This document shows positions 14,337-28,577 of a DNA stretch of 64,000 nucleotides, in pieces. This DNA comes from Octopus bimaculoides. Its lineage: Eukaryota. The stretch is taken from the NCBI RefSeq assembly GCF_001194135.2, contig NC_068998.1:52909068-52973067 (forward strand), read 5' to 3'. How positions within the stretch are numbered: position 1 is the first letter of the stretch; each line of letters opens with the position of its first letter. A program made the translations under genes and the position numbers. The notes under the pieces were generated by a model. That model was not told the DNA's origin. It saw nothing but the letters and a program-made list of their open reading frames with translations, and did no database searches.

Positions 14337-15439
14337 CATACGCACAGCTACACATTCATACACTCACGCACACTCAAAGCAAAAGTACATAACTGTATGC
14401 ATATAAATCATGGCAACAAATACATAAAAGCCAGTTTTAGTGAGGCAGTAATTTTTATGTATATTATCAATGTGTTTGTTGGTGCCGTTATGAAAGCAAA
14501 TCTAAGTTAACGACAATCGAAACTGGCATATTCGTACAGCACAACGTTACGTTTGCTCTTTAAACGCACAGCCATTAATTTGTGGAGCTCTTAATGAGTC
14601 ACGCGTGTGGTATACGTTTTGAGTGTGTAAATTATGGAAAAATATCTTCGTAGGTTCATCTTTCTATGAGCCGTTTTGCTGCTTTCAGCAAATACCTAAA
14701 CCAAATTTGCTTATTCTGCACCAGTCATAGGTACAGGGCGACCCGTGGAACCTTCTCAATGACAGGCTAGTGGAAAAATTAATTACAAATTTGTTTTTAG
14801 TATTGCGGCTCACCTGATGATGAGGCATGTCTCGTGCGGCCACACTTACGATGTATATTTTCATGCTGTCCACTCCTCAAAAGAAGCTGCAACTGTCTGC
14901 GCTAGACACGTCTATTGATTCGATACTAGCCATGTTAGTATTTCTCTGAACTTTTATTAAACTTGTTTCAATATTTTCTCCAGAAGTTGGTTGTTTATTT
15001 TCTTTTTTTCTTAGGTGCGTTTATGCTGCGACTCTTTTTATGCTTTCCACCTCTTACCGTTATGAGGAAGCCAAAAGTTTGCAGAATACCAAATTCAAAA
15101 ATGACCAAAAGCAATAGTTTGTTTTCCACCTCAAGGTAAACAAGATGGACATTTAAAAACTTTCAAAGCCTCATAATAGAAATAAGAAAGAATTTTGTAA
15201 GAAATAAAAGAAAAAACAAAAAAAACAACAACAACACCAACAGCAACAACCAAGAGAACGAAACATTATTCCATTTCTTACAGCAGACCTTGTTACTGAT
15301 ATCTGCTCGCGTTCAACAGTAAGAACAATAACAACTACAGCAGACAAAATTATCGAGAACGATACAGTTCCAGCAGCAGCAACAAAACAAAGCAACAACT
15401 ACTACTACTACTATTACTACTAAAATTACCAGCAATAAT

Positions 15440-15950
15440 GGTTTCGAATTTTGGCACAAGGCCAGCAACTCCGAGGAAGAGGAGAAGTGGATTACATCGA
15501 CCCCAGTACTCAACTCGACCCCGAAAGGATGAAACAGAAAGCCGACCCCCTCGGCAGAATTTGAACTGAGCGCGTAAAGATGGACGAAACTTTACAGACC
15601 ATCATAGTAAGAACGGCAAAATTGAAGTAGGCATAATTTGAACACAGAACGCAAAAGTCGGGAGAAATACCGCTAAGCAGTTTGCGCGACGAACTAACGC
15701 AACTATCTGCGTGACCCATTAAGCTAGGAAATGTAATCCTTTCTGATATAGACAGAAGGCTGGAAATTTTCTGGGGGAGGGGCTAGTTGATGACATTGAC
15801 CCCAGTGTTGAACTGGTGCTTACTGTATCGACACATTGAAAGGATGAAGAGGAAAGTCCACCTCGGCGAAATTTGAACTCAGAATGCAAAGACAGGCTAA
15901 ATGTTGCTAACAGTTTGTCGGGCGTGCTAACCATTCTGCCAGCTCACCGC
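15440..15950 (-). mobile_element. Two tandem SINE family A copies; the first carries a duplicated head segment
   Basis: Two runs of ggcacaaggccagc...catcgaccccagt...gaatttgaactc...ctgccagctc at 15440-15712 and 15730-15950. Confidence 0.85.
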
Positions 15951-16701
15951 ACTATGAAGTTTATAAGGAAATCAATTTAATGGATAAATGCCAGTTAAAA
16001 ACCACATAAAACTATTCAATCGATTCGGGAAAGACGAAACGCATATCTGACCTTGATCGTGCTTGAACTAAGAACGTAATGGTCTGTAACTAAATACGAC
16101 AAGTCACGCCGCCTATGATTCTGTTAAACTCACCACCGACAAGTAAAAGGTTAACCGGCTGTATTGAAATAAATTACGTATGTATGTATGTATGTATGTA
16201 TGTATGTATGTACGTATGTATGTACGTGTGTGTGTGTGTGTATATGTATGTATGTACGTGTGTGTGTCTGTATGTTTCTAAGTATGTATGCATGCATGTA
16301 TGCGTGTATGTATTTATGTATTCATAAAGATATATGCGTGTATATATATTGTCCATGTATCATCACTTGATAGCGCCTGGGCACACGCCACCAATGTCAT
16401 TCCGTGGTGTAATTAAATATTTCGTGTCTTTCAACAAGCAAACATCATCAGACAGGTGATCTTCCTTCGGTTAACCCAGCCCCAGCTTGTGTCATGCAGG
16501 CATTAGGTCTTCCAGGGCTGACTGCTGGTCCACAGCCATCGCGAGGCAAATTCTGTTCCCTCGAGCCGAATTTGGTCTTCCGTTCACTTGCTCCTGTGAT
16601 ACCCTGCATATCGTGAGATCCGCAAAAATAACTGGGTTTGCAAACCCTCTTAATCCCTTTCTTCCTCATGTGTAAATATATTATATATATATCAAGTAAA
16701 A

Positions 16702-16733
<32 letters not shown>

Positions 16734-17324
16734 TGTGTATTGGAATGTATGTGTGTGCACGCGTTTGTACGTTCGTGCGTGCTTATTCTACTAACCTTAC
16801 TTTCGTTGAGTGACATAGTAATTTGACACGATATTGTAGAGGTTAATTTGGAGCACTGTGTGGATTTGAAACACTAAATCGATATTGGAAACATTCAGCG
16901 AAACATTTTATGCGTAATAATCTTTATACTTCTAATATAATTTCTAATAGAGACACGAGAAAAAGAAAAAGTAAGTTGGTTATATCGATCTGCTGTGCAT
17001 TATTTTAAAAATTATAGAAGGTGAAAATTAAATTTGTCTTCGTTGAGATTTGAACCTGGAACGTGCAGATAAGACAATTATTGCAAAATATTTAATCTAC
17101 TTCTTTAAGTCTGCTACAAAGCAACAACAAAGAGCTAAAAATGTGGCAAGATAGAAATGATGAAAAGTAGCAAAAATAAATTAATGGAAATAAAAATGTC
17201 AAATGTAAAACGTAAGATAAATAAACTGACCAATTAATGCAATAATACGTGAAATACTCAGCAAATAAGAGCTGATACTAATGCACAAAAACAATTGTAG
17301 TGATTTTTATTAAAGCCTGTTCAT

Positions 17325-17555
17325 TCCATCTTCCTGTATCAATGATCGCTAACCACTAAACCTTTTTTAATTTTCTCTCTCTATTTTTATTTTCTCTGTC
17401 TTTCTATTTATATTTTCTCTCTCTGTTTATTTCTGTTCCTTTCTGCTAAAGAGCGTAGGCTCGAAACCTAAAAGATTCTGTCAATTCCCGAGCGTCAAAC
17501 TAATACACCTGCTGATTGTTTGCATAGCCGTCTTCGTCTTTTTTTTTTTTTTTTG
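17325..17555 (+). mobile_element. Penelope-like element terminal-repeat fragment
   Basis: Contains aagagcgtaggctcgaaacc-aaaaga...cccgagcgtcaaactaatacac...gtcttcgtctttt, which I recognise as a PLE-type end; ends in poly-T at a gap. Confidence 0.55.
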
Positions 17556-17598
17556 NNNNNNNNNNNNNNNNNNNNNNNNNNNNNNNNNNNNNNNNNNN
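17556..17598. other. Assembly gap
   Basis: Run of N. Confidence 1.
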
Positions 17599-17646
<48 letters not shown>

Positions 17647-18263
17647 TGTATGTATATATGTGCATGTATGTATACATTCCCCTATATATGTGTGCATGTA
17701 TATAGACATGCTTCCGTACTATTACGCATAATTATATGCCAACATATATAGTTTGTTGGTACCATATATCCTAGCATCCGTGTATTCATATACATCGTAC
17801 ACACGTATACGCACACATAAACACACATATATGCATTGTATGAGGGAAGAGTAATTTTTCCACGAAGGACTATCGTTGTCGTTCACTTCGCTTTATTATT
17901 AATTAAACAGTTAACTAATGAAGTAATTAACCAGCTAACTATCCCTTTGCTTGACTCGGTTGTTTGATCAAGCAGGCAATCAGCTGGATTTTAAGAGTCC
18001 TTTATGGCAAAATAACCCTCCCGAATGACAACATCGCAATACGAAATACCATGAAGGAGCTTGCAGAACAAATACAAAACCGAAGTCAATCAATCAGTGA
18101 ATCCCTCAATCACTATCTATCTATCTATCTATCTACTTACCTCTCTATCTATCTATCTACATATATATATCTATAATTGACGGTTTAAAGTCTATTCTCA
18201 GCATGTTGGTATAGAAATCTTCTTTCTTTTGCCCTTGTTTATAATTATATATATCTACATCTA

Positions 18264-18295
<32 letters not shown>

Positions 18296-18309
18296 AACAC
18301 ACACATAGA

Positions 18310-18724
18310 CACGCAGAGAAACGACGGGTTTCTTTCTGATTCGGTCTACGAAATTCACTCACAAGGTTCTGGTCGGCCCGTGGCTATAGTAGAAGATACT
18401 AGCCCCTTGATGCGTCGCAGTGAAACTACCCGAAACGATGTGGCTGGGGGGCAAATTTTGCCCCAGACTGTCACACCTGATCAGGTCTTTAAAAAGTACG
18501 TTAGCAACATCCATATTCTTTTCTACTCTAGGCACAAGGCCCGAAACATTTGGGGAAGAAGTAGGTCGATTAGACCGACCCAAGTACGCAACTGGTACTT
18601 AGTTTATCGACCCCGAAAGGGATAAAAGCAAAGTCGACCTCGGTGGAATTTGAACTCAGAACGATGAAATACCGCTAAGCATTTTCTCTGGCGTGCTATC
18701 GTTTCTGCCAGCTTCTCAACGCCT
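18310..18724 (-). mobile_element. SINE family B head fragment (18310-18445) and SINE family A copy (18525-18724)
   Basis: Reverse-complement matches to both families. Confidence 0.85.
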
Positions 18725-19114
18725 TCATAGCATCTATATTGTCTAAATAAAGGGGTGCATGGATGTTTGGAAGGATTTTGACCACTGATATGGTTTACAA
18801 TGGCAGGCCTGGGGCTAAACAACAATAGTGTCAGGTTGAGTATTATCCCACTCTCACCAGCATTTCATTTCACAAGCTTGTAATGATGTGTTCCAGAGTT
18901 CGAAATAGCATGAAAGCTGCTTTGGCATTTGCTATTCGTTTCCGCTACAAAATACAAAATATGTTCAACATCTTAAAAGAATGGGCTACGGGTATAACAC
19001 CCGGGCATACATTTGTATATACATGCATACATAAGTACATGCATGCATGCATGCATACATACACATGTGTGTAGATACGTGTGCACACACACTCACACAG
19101 ACGTACACACATTA

Positions 19115-19875
19115 TATCTTTTATTTTTTATCTTTTGCTTGTTTCGGTCATTGGAATGCGGTCATACTGGAGCAAAGCTCTGGAGAATCTTAGACGAAGC
19201 AATTAACGCGACGACTTCGTTTGAAGTCTGGTACATATGCAATTGTGTTTTTGCCGAACTGTGTTAGAAGGACATAAACAAACGAACAACGGTCTTTAAG
19301 CGGGCTGGGGAAGGGCACATACGCTGACACAAAGATACACAGAGGCACATATATATACGATGGTCTTCCACACAGTTTCGTCTACCGAATTCCCTTACAA
19401 GGAAATGGTCGGCCTGAAGCTATGGTAGAAGACACATGGCCAAGGTGCTCGGCATTGGGACTGAACCCGGAACGATGGGGCTTCCCTCGTTTTCGATAGT
19501 GATTATCCAGTTGATGGATCAACTGAATGGCTGCCTATTTCAAATGACATCTGAAGAGTTTGAATATCTCACAGACACATGAACTCTACGAAAGAAAGTT
19601 CCTGCGTGATGCAGAGACTGGCGATTATACACCTTTAAATTTCTGATACAATTCACGCAAGAGGACCCGGGGCACTTGTTGCCCAAAAGTCCACTCCAGA
19701 GGATCGAACACACAATAATAGACACAAAACATTCTGCCTACCAACATAACGGATCATATATCTCATATATATATATATCCCTCTTTTATCTTTTACTTGC
19801 ACTTATCATTAGACTGTGGCCTAACTGGGGTGCCGCCGTGGGCAATTTCTGGTCGAATGAATCCCAGTACTTGGG

Positions 19876-19936
<61 letters not shown>

Positions 19937-20210
19937 AACCTGATATTTATTTTATCACTCACTTTCGCCGAACCCCTAACTTTATATGGACGTAAACATA
20001 CCAAAAATGGTTGTCAAGCGCTGGTGCAGAACAAACACACGCACATACATACATACATACATACAGAGACATATATATATACATATACTGGCTTCTGTTA
20101 GTCGGCCCGAGGCTAAAGAAAAAAGTATTTTACCAATATGCAACGTAGTGGGACTGAAACCGGAACCATGTGATTGGGGAGCAAGCTGCTTACCACACAG
20201 CCACGCCTGC
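19115..20210 (-). mobile_element. Two SINE family B copies (19115-19470, 19785-20210)
   Basis: Each shows the tail tttgccgaac..aag...caaaccaacacc, a central microsatellite and the head gggactgaacccggaacc. Confidence 0.85.
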
Positions 20211-20273
20211 GGCAGTATGTGTATATATATATGATAAATAAAATATATACATATTTTACGTTATATATATATG

Positions 20274-20312
<39 letters not shown>

Positions 20313-20765
20313 CATGTGCATACTAGACGCGTACATATACATACATACACTTATACGTGGACAAATACCTTCATACATACATACATGCAAACATACAATA
20401 GAAGTTGAAATTAAATGTGTTGCTTTTAAGGCAAAATTTCTTGATCTCTTCACTTGGATAGGTTGAATATGGCGTTGTTTCTTACATAGGCACAAGGCCA
20501 GCAATTTAGAGAAAGTTGTTAATCGATGAGATCGAAACCCAGAGTTTATGCCGTTAATACATATCACAGCTGAAAACGCACCCTTGACGTCAGCTGGAAT
20601 TGAACCCGTAACCTTACCCAGACGTATGGTTTGTACACCAATATTGTTTTCTCTGTCACTTTAAGAATCGACCACAAGTACCTGAATGGTACGGTTTCAT
20701 CCCATCTTGGATGAAAAGCTAAGTTGATCCCGGCGGGATTTCTGACCAGTATATGACGTAGTAAA

Positions 20766-20800
<35 letters not shown>

Positions 20801-20819
20801 TGATAATAATAATAATAAT

Positions 20820-21412
20820 CTATTCTTCTATTAGCCAGAAGGGCTCACATATAATAACATTAAAAGACATACAACAACATAAAAGACAAAAATAGGACGA
20901 TACAATGTGGTTTACAGCGTGTAAATAATATAAACAACAATGAAAAATTAAACAAATTAAAACTGCCAATGGGGAGGGCGCTTTAAGGACCTCGTGGAAA
21001 ACCCACAACAGCCATGGGGGAATAATAAATAACTTGCTGTCTCTTGGGGTCTCTGGGTGAGACTTGGAGTCAACATGTACAAAACAAAAGCAAACAATTC
21101 CTTCTAGTAATCTTTCGTTTATTTACCACTGAGGGTTTATATAAAAGATTTCGGATGGCATAGGACGGTACAAAACACAAAGGGTGGGATTTAATCGTGT
21201 AAAAGGCAATAACAATAAAAGGTTTTAAGAAGAAAATCCTCAAAAGCGAGGGACTTCCAAGGGCTGTTCGCGCAAACATCATAATACTCACGATCGCCCT
21301 GACCTCAAGGGCATGTGATCTCTCCACTTCGTCTACCCTCGATCTTCGTCTTGCTTAGAATAGGTCCGTTCACTCGGGGCCATTCACGCTCATTCACCCA
21401 CCTTTTAGCAAC
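20820..21412 (-). mobile_element. L1/Tx1-like LINE 3' end (last ORF2 codons plus 3' UTR)
   Basis: Minus strand reads KRWVN...RVNGPIL just before the end of the ORF remnant; the UTR ends in an (ATT)n tract; a related copy lies at 22363-22700. Confidence 0.65.
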
Positions 21413-21438
21413 AACAAGAATAATGATAATGATGATGA

Positions 21439-21514
<76 letters not shown>

Positions 21515-21834
21515 TTCAATAATACGTACAACTTGTATAGACGTATGCTGACGCATATTGGTGTGTGTATGTATGTGTGTATTTATGTATGCATGTATGT
21601 ATGTCTATATATATGTATGCCTGTGTGGTTTACATATGTAGGTATGTATATGTATGTATGTATGCATGTATGTAGATAGCTAGCTAGATAGATAGATAGA
21701 TATAAAGGTATAGTAGAAGCGACAGAGTGACTCGAGGGCAGTTTCGTACGTGAGCACTTATGAAGCTATATCTATATATAAATATATATTGGTTGATATA
21801 CATGCATGTGTGTGTGTGCATGTGTGTGTGTTAG

Positions 21835-22308
21835 GGGTGGTGGTGGATATATCTATCTATCGATTCTGGAAGAAAAGCAGGCGAAGCGGAATCCTTCACA
21901 GTGTAATTTGAACTCACAACGTAAAGACGGACCACATGCCGCTAAGTACTTCGTTCGGCGTTCTATCGATTCGGCCAGCTCGCTGCCTTAATAGTAATAC
22001 CGACATCATCATCAACAACAATAATGATAATAATAGTAATTTCATTCATTAGCCACACGGGTATAGATGAAGGGGAGATCACAATGATAAGTAAGGACGA
22101 TTTCGAGCCTTGATATTAGAGAAGCATTTTGAGGGGAGGGCGAAATCGATTGCAATGGCCACATTGCTCAGCTGGTACTTATTTTATTGACCCCGAAAAG
22201 ATGAAAGGCAAGGTTGGCCTTGGTGGAAATTGAACTCGGAAAGTAAAAACGGACGAAATTCAGCTAAGCATTTTGTCCGGCGTGCTGACGATTCTCTCTG
22301 CTCGCTGT
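21835..22308 (-). mobile_element. Two SINE family A copies (21835-21988, 22110-22308)
   Basis: aatttgaactc...gctaag(c/t)a...ggcgt(g/t)ct motifs in both. Confidence 0.8.
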
Positions 22309-22310
22309 CT

Positions 22311-22362
<52 letters not shown>

Positions 22363-22364
<2 letters not shown>

Positions 22365-22700
22365 GTGACTTCATTTATTTGCCACAAGGGTGACGGATGG
22401 GGGTAAAATACAAAGACAGGTATAAAATATGGGGTTTTGCACGGTATACACTGAAAAAGAAGGGACAAATGCATGGCCTACAAAGGTATTTAAAAGGTGT
22501 GGGGTGGATGATAGAAATGTGGCCCTCCTGGTACAAGAGGGCCTCTAGGGTTAATCGAGTAGCCCCACTCTCCGAGATTTTCCTCAAACCCCAAGAGCAA
22601 ATGTCCTCTTTAATTCTTTCTCTCCGACTCACAGGTCTACACTCAGAGAGGTACCATTTTCGCAACTTTCACCCACCTTTCAATAAACTCATTCGGGGAC
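22363..22700 (-). mobile_element. Second L1/Tx1-like LINE 3' end (different subfamily)
   Basis: Minus strand reads EFIERWVKVAKMV then SLSVDL*; flanked by trinucleotide tracts; ORFs 22397..22849 and 22375..22665 overlap it but are not genes. Confidence 0.6.
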
Positions 22701-23834
22701 AGCACAATAATAATATTAACGATGATGGTGATGCTGCTGATGATGATGGTGATGGTGGTGGTGGTGGTGGTGCTGCTGCTGCTGATGATGATGATGGTGA
22801 TGATTTCAAATTTTGGCAGAACGTCAAAAGTCTTACGGGTAGGGCGTGATTCGATTATAACGAGGCCGGCACTTGAGTGATACTTTACTGTATCGACCCG
22901 ATATGATTAAATACAAGGTCGATTTTAATGATAATGACAATATGACACTATTTTGCATAGCACGATTACTAGAGGCACTGTGATGGTGTGTTATTGATGT
23001 TTTTACCTATACTTTTCGGCATTGTCAGTGAATATAAGTGGCGGACCTGGTGGGAACTTTGTCATTACATCATCACTGTGTAAAGCAGTCACAATGTGGA
23101 AGCATGAATTTCTATCAATAGTAGACAACTGTCCCCTAATCAGGACCTGCAGTCTTTCCAAAGGTAAACGACGCATTGTATGACGTACGTCTTAAAGACG
23201 TGGTTTTGAAATGGTGCGGTGGTAACGGTTCTAATCTCTTTGATTATAGTTCTGCTCATGGGAGCTGACCCGTGACGAAGCAACCACAAATATAACTATC
23301 AGAAACGACATGTAATATTACAAAGATTACTTTTATGTAATTTAATTAGATATCTTAATTAAACATAGGATCCATAATTCATTTTACGAAGATATACGAA
23401 TGTGTAACGTTCATGCTGTCATAAAGCGCAATAATGGAATCCACTGGGAATTGAAACGGCGTTGCAGACAAGACGTGATGAGATATCTAACTCTCGGTTT
23501 ACAGCGGCAGTAAATATAATAAATCAATAATACATACGATAGTTTTAGTTTATAACTTTTGATACCATCATATTTATCAGTCTAGGTATCCGATATTAGT
23601 TAACAGCTATGGTATTTTAAACGAAAGAAGAAGACGATGAAGAATAAATATCGCGTCAACATCGGATAAAGTGTTACGTTGAAGAGCGAAAAGAAAGAAA
23701 AAAAGAAGCTCTTGTTGTTAACGTATTGATTGAGACGTAATTCGAACCGTAGAATACATTGGATGTGCTTTCAGGACACATTTCCACCTCAACCTTTAGT
23801 GGACAGTTTATCAAAGTTTTGAGATTCTAAGTAA

Positions 23835-23895
<61 letters not shown>

Positions 23896-24292
23896 TGTCA
23901 GAGCCAAAAGAGAAACATGGTGCATTCGGATTGTTGATATTTGAATGAAATCGAAGTATTTTAGAAAGAAAGAAATACACGCGATCGCACGCACTCGCAC
24001 GCGCGTATTCAACACAAACACATTCTCATACAAACACATACACATATGAGTATATATGCATATACACACGTACATATATGTCCACATGCATGAACATATA
24101 ATTTCTAAATATGTGTGTGTGTGTGTGTCTGTTTGAGAGTGTGTTTTTGTACATGCATACGTACATATCTGCATGTATACAGACTCCATCAGGGAAACTA
24201 AGTGGTTTTCATTTATTTTCAGCTGAGCATTCATTAAATTCCATGAAGTTTCAACTCCCGGTGCCTTTATGTGTGTGCATTTATGTGTATGC

Positions 24293-24323
<31 letters not shown>

Positions 24324-24487
24324 TGTGCACGTGCTCGCGTGTGTTACTGAAATAATGCACGCGTATGTGTGCATGCTTTAAACAAAATCTAATGTAATAT
24401 GATTATATATACATACATACATATTTATATATGTGTGTGTGTATGCATGTATATGTATCTATGTGTATATATATATATATATACAAG

Positions 24488-24527
<40 letters not shown>

Positions 24528-24802
24528 TATGTATATATATGTCTATGTATGTATATATGCGTTTATGTATGCGTGAATGTACTTGCGTGTGTGTGTATGT
24601 GTATGTACATATTGCAGAAAATAATCTCAACGTGACATGTGACTAATACCGGTAAATAATTTTAAAAAAACATATATTAACAAAGTATGGAAGTACAACA
24701 AAACACACACACATAGAGAAACAGAAATAAACAAAACAATTGCATTAAATCTTTGCAGATAACAAACTGAAGTTTAAAGGTGAGAGAATGATTGGAACTT
24801 AC

Positions 24803-24861
24803 CTGTTGTGTGTGACAGCGAAGTGTAAATTTCAGACTTAAATAAGTCTTTCTCTCCATCA
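24803..24861 (-). other. Candidate 59-nt exon
   Basis: Perfect CAG|GTAAGT donor, weak ttgtag acceptor; one open frame DGEKDLFKSEIYTSLSHTT; no homology recognised. Confidence 0.15.
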
Positions 24862-25125
24862 CTACAAATCCATGTATTTTATACACATATACATATATAC
24901 ATACACACACGCACGCACATTTGTATACCTGTATATATATATATATATATATATACACGTATGTATGTATGTATGTATATATGTATATATATTAGTTTGT
25001 CAGTTTATGTTTCTTTATGTGCCATGCGATACTTTGTTTAGGCTCTTCATTGAAACACTGGTGGCAGTAATGGTAGCGACAAAAACAACGACAACAATGA
25101 GTATAAAGATTATTATTACAATTGC

Positions 25126-25156
<31 letters not shown>

Positions 25157-26768
25157 TGTATTAATAGTATTTATAGGACTAGAAGTGGTAGTCGTCGTAG
25201 TAGTAATATCATTATTATCAATATTTATGTCATCCAACATCGTCTTGTTGCTATAAGTTTGAAATGTGATATATATTTTAATGAAGTGAAAGAAATGAAG
25301 AAATAAGATATTAAAAATATATGGTATAGAAGGAAATCCACATTTAAATTGGAAGCAGCGAAGCGTTTCATCTAGAATGTATATATTTGTCTTCTTAAAT
25401 TGTATGGATGTACGTACGTGCGGTGCGTGGAACGCTTTTATAAGCGTAGCGCACCTTCATATATCGCAACGTATAAATAGAATATGATATGCTATAATTT
25501 TAATATTCTATTATATTATACTGGATTTATAATATATGTTATAGTAAACTTAATTAATGATATTCGTAATAAGAAAAGTAGTAATTAACATCCAAACCCG
25601 CAGAAGTAACTATAAATATCTAAATTTAACAGTTGAAAGTCTTGGAAAACATTCGTTGAATACTTCTTATTCCATAGACTTTTTGTTCCTTATTTTCTTT
25701 TTATTATTAACATTATCATCATTATCATCATCATCATCATTATTATTATTATTAATTTTATCAAAATTATTATTATTATCAGTGTTGTTTTTGCTTGTTT
25801 GTTTGTTGTTTTTTTTTGGCGTTGTTTGTTATTGTTTGTTGATTGTTGTTATTTGTATTGTGTATTATAGTAATAATAATAATAATAATGCCTGTGTGTG
25901 TGTCTTGTGCTGGGAGGAACTAACTGACTGTTTGAATGGCATCGCTGGAATCCTGCCAGTCACACGCTGACTGCTGCCACCACAATTGTGACGTCAAATG
26001 TTTCTGCTGTGGAGTCTGCACAGTTTACTTTCGAAATGTTGCTGTTGCGCTTGATGTTGCGTTTTTCAAAACTCTCTCCAGTGACGCAAGAAAACGAAAA
26101 CTAGCAGCATGCTTCGGAAAACAAAATATAAACAACAACAACAGCGAACAAGAAGATTATATTTCTTGCTATTATCATGCATCTGTAACTATTATTGTGC
26201 TTATATTTTCACACCGACTCACTCTCATTCCCACATAAGCATACACACACACATATTATATGCTCATGCATGCAGATATCTAGGTACGCCGTCTGTAAAT
26301 ATTGTATTGAATTAGTCAAGATACACGCACAGAAAAGTTACAACACTATACCACATGCATAATACACACATACAAATGTAAGCACATTCATACGTATATA
26401 GGTATGGCGATAAACTGTATGGTATTCATAATTCTACGCAGACCTACACAGACATATATACTTTCCTAAGTAAATACATACATGTATATATATGTATATA
26501 TATACATGTTCATACATACAGACATATATCGATGCACACGTACACTCGAACACAAGCATATACACACACGCAAACAATCATACATACTCACACACACATA
26601 CACACTTATACAGAGACAAAAACGGACACACATACACAGATCTACCTGACTGGCAATGCAATACGGTATGTACAGAAGTCCAGAAAAAAACGAGGGAGAA
26701 AGAGGGAGGTTGTAGAAGAGAAGGAGGGAGCAGAACGAGAGAGGGAGAGCGAGAGAGAGAAAGCCAGA

Positions 26769-26812
<44 letters not shown>

Positions 26813-27011
26813 GAGAGAAGGAATGGAATTATTAAAAAAATATTGTGAGTTCGGGTTGATATTAAAAAAAAAAAATAGATTGTCAACAAATATTGAAATT
26901 AAAGATTTTCGTCGGACGAACTAAATATTAAAACAAAACAACAAAATTATCCAAATTCAGAAAATAAAGGAAAAAAGAAAAGAAGAACATAGTAAGCAAC
27001 TTTATTCGTCA

Positions 27012-27445
<434 letters not shown>

Positions 27446-27736
27446 ATGTATATAATGTACGTGGACATGCCTCACAAATGAATTACTCCCCCTCCTCATC
27501 TCTCTCCTCTTCTCTTCCCCTTTCTCTTCCTTATCCTCCTCCATGCCTCTCTCTTACTTTCTCTCTTCCTCTGTTGCTCTCTCACTCACTTTCTCTGTCT
27601 AACGAACAAACACTCACTCACACACACACAAACACACACACACAAACACACACACTCAAGCACACATATATGTGTATGTATGTAAATATATTCATATATG
27701 ATTTACACTTAATGCAGTCTTTCGTTTATGCATTAC

Positions 27737-27739
<3 letters not shown>

Positions 27740-27829
<90 letters not shown>

Positions 27830-27835
27830 TCTCTC
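27740..27835. repeat. (CT)n microsatellite
   Basis: Seen directly. Confidence 0.97.
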
Positions 27836-28577
27836 TATTTATTTACCTATCTATCTATCTATCTAATCCCGCAGTAACTTACATTTGCGGTCGTTGTTAC
27901 CCTTTCATGCTATTTTTTTACGATATAATTACAAATAAAAAAGAATAATAAATTCTAGTCTTTATTATTATAAATACTGTTACTACTGCAGTACTTTTCT
28001 CTCTTGTAAATATTATCGCTGATTTTATTGTTGTCTTTCTTGTTAAAGGCTGCCCGTATTGTTAAAGTGAATGTTCTTTTTTATTCTTTAAGTATGGTCC
28101 CATTTCAGATATAAACTCTCGGACAGCCTTTGAAGAATTTAATAATGATTCTCACATTATAGCCTCGACTTTTTAACCCCTTATTTCATCAGTCGTATTT
28201 TTTTGTTTTGTCTGATATTGTTCCCAATAATATTACTGTTGCAAATGAAAGATCTTGTGGCGTATGATTGTTGTTATGGCATTGTGTGATATCGGGCCGG
28301 TGCTATGACTGATGCACCTTCAGGATATTTTTATTTATCACACAGCTACAACCTGATTTGATCTTTATTTTATCATCGTAATTATTGGATCTGAAGGCAA
28401 ATTACGATTAGATTATATCATGGAACTGCTAGAACATAACTATTTTGATATAAAAAAAATATACTAAATAACAGTTTTAGCGGGTGTGCACCGTTCACTC
28501 AGGACTTAAGACCCTTTGTTTCAACCGAGCTTTCAAAGTGTTCAACCGAGCTTTGAAAGTGCAGGCGCTTTACTCAC

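Noticed and set aside
16415-16452. CTGATGA...GAAA hammerhead-like spacing on minus
   Set aside because: G10.1 is missing and stems I and III cannot form
25989-25996. Perfect CRE palindrome TGACGTCA (also near 20585 and 49750)
   Set aside because: An 8-mer expected a few times by chance in 64 kb
25936-26238. Cys-rich ORF resembling a knottin or conotoxin (CQSHADCCHHNC)
   Set aside because: No signal peptide, stops immediately upstream, and TG-rich sequence generates Cys codons by chance
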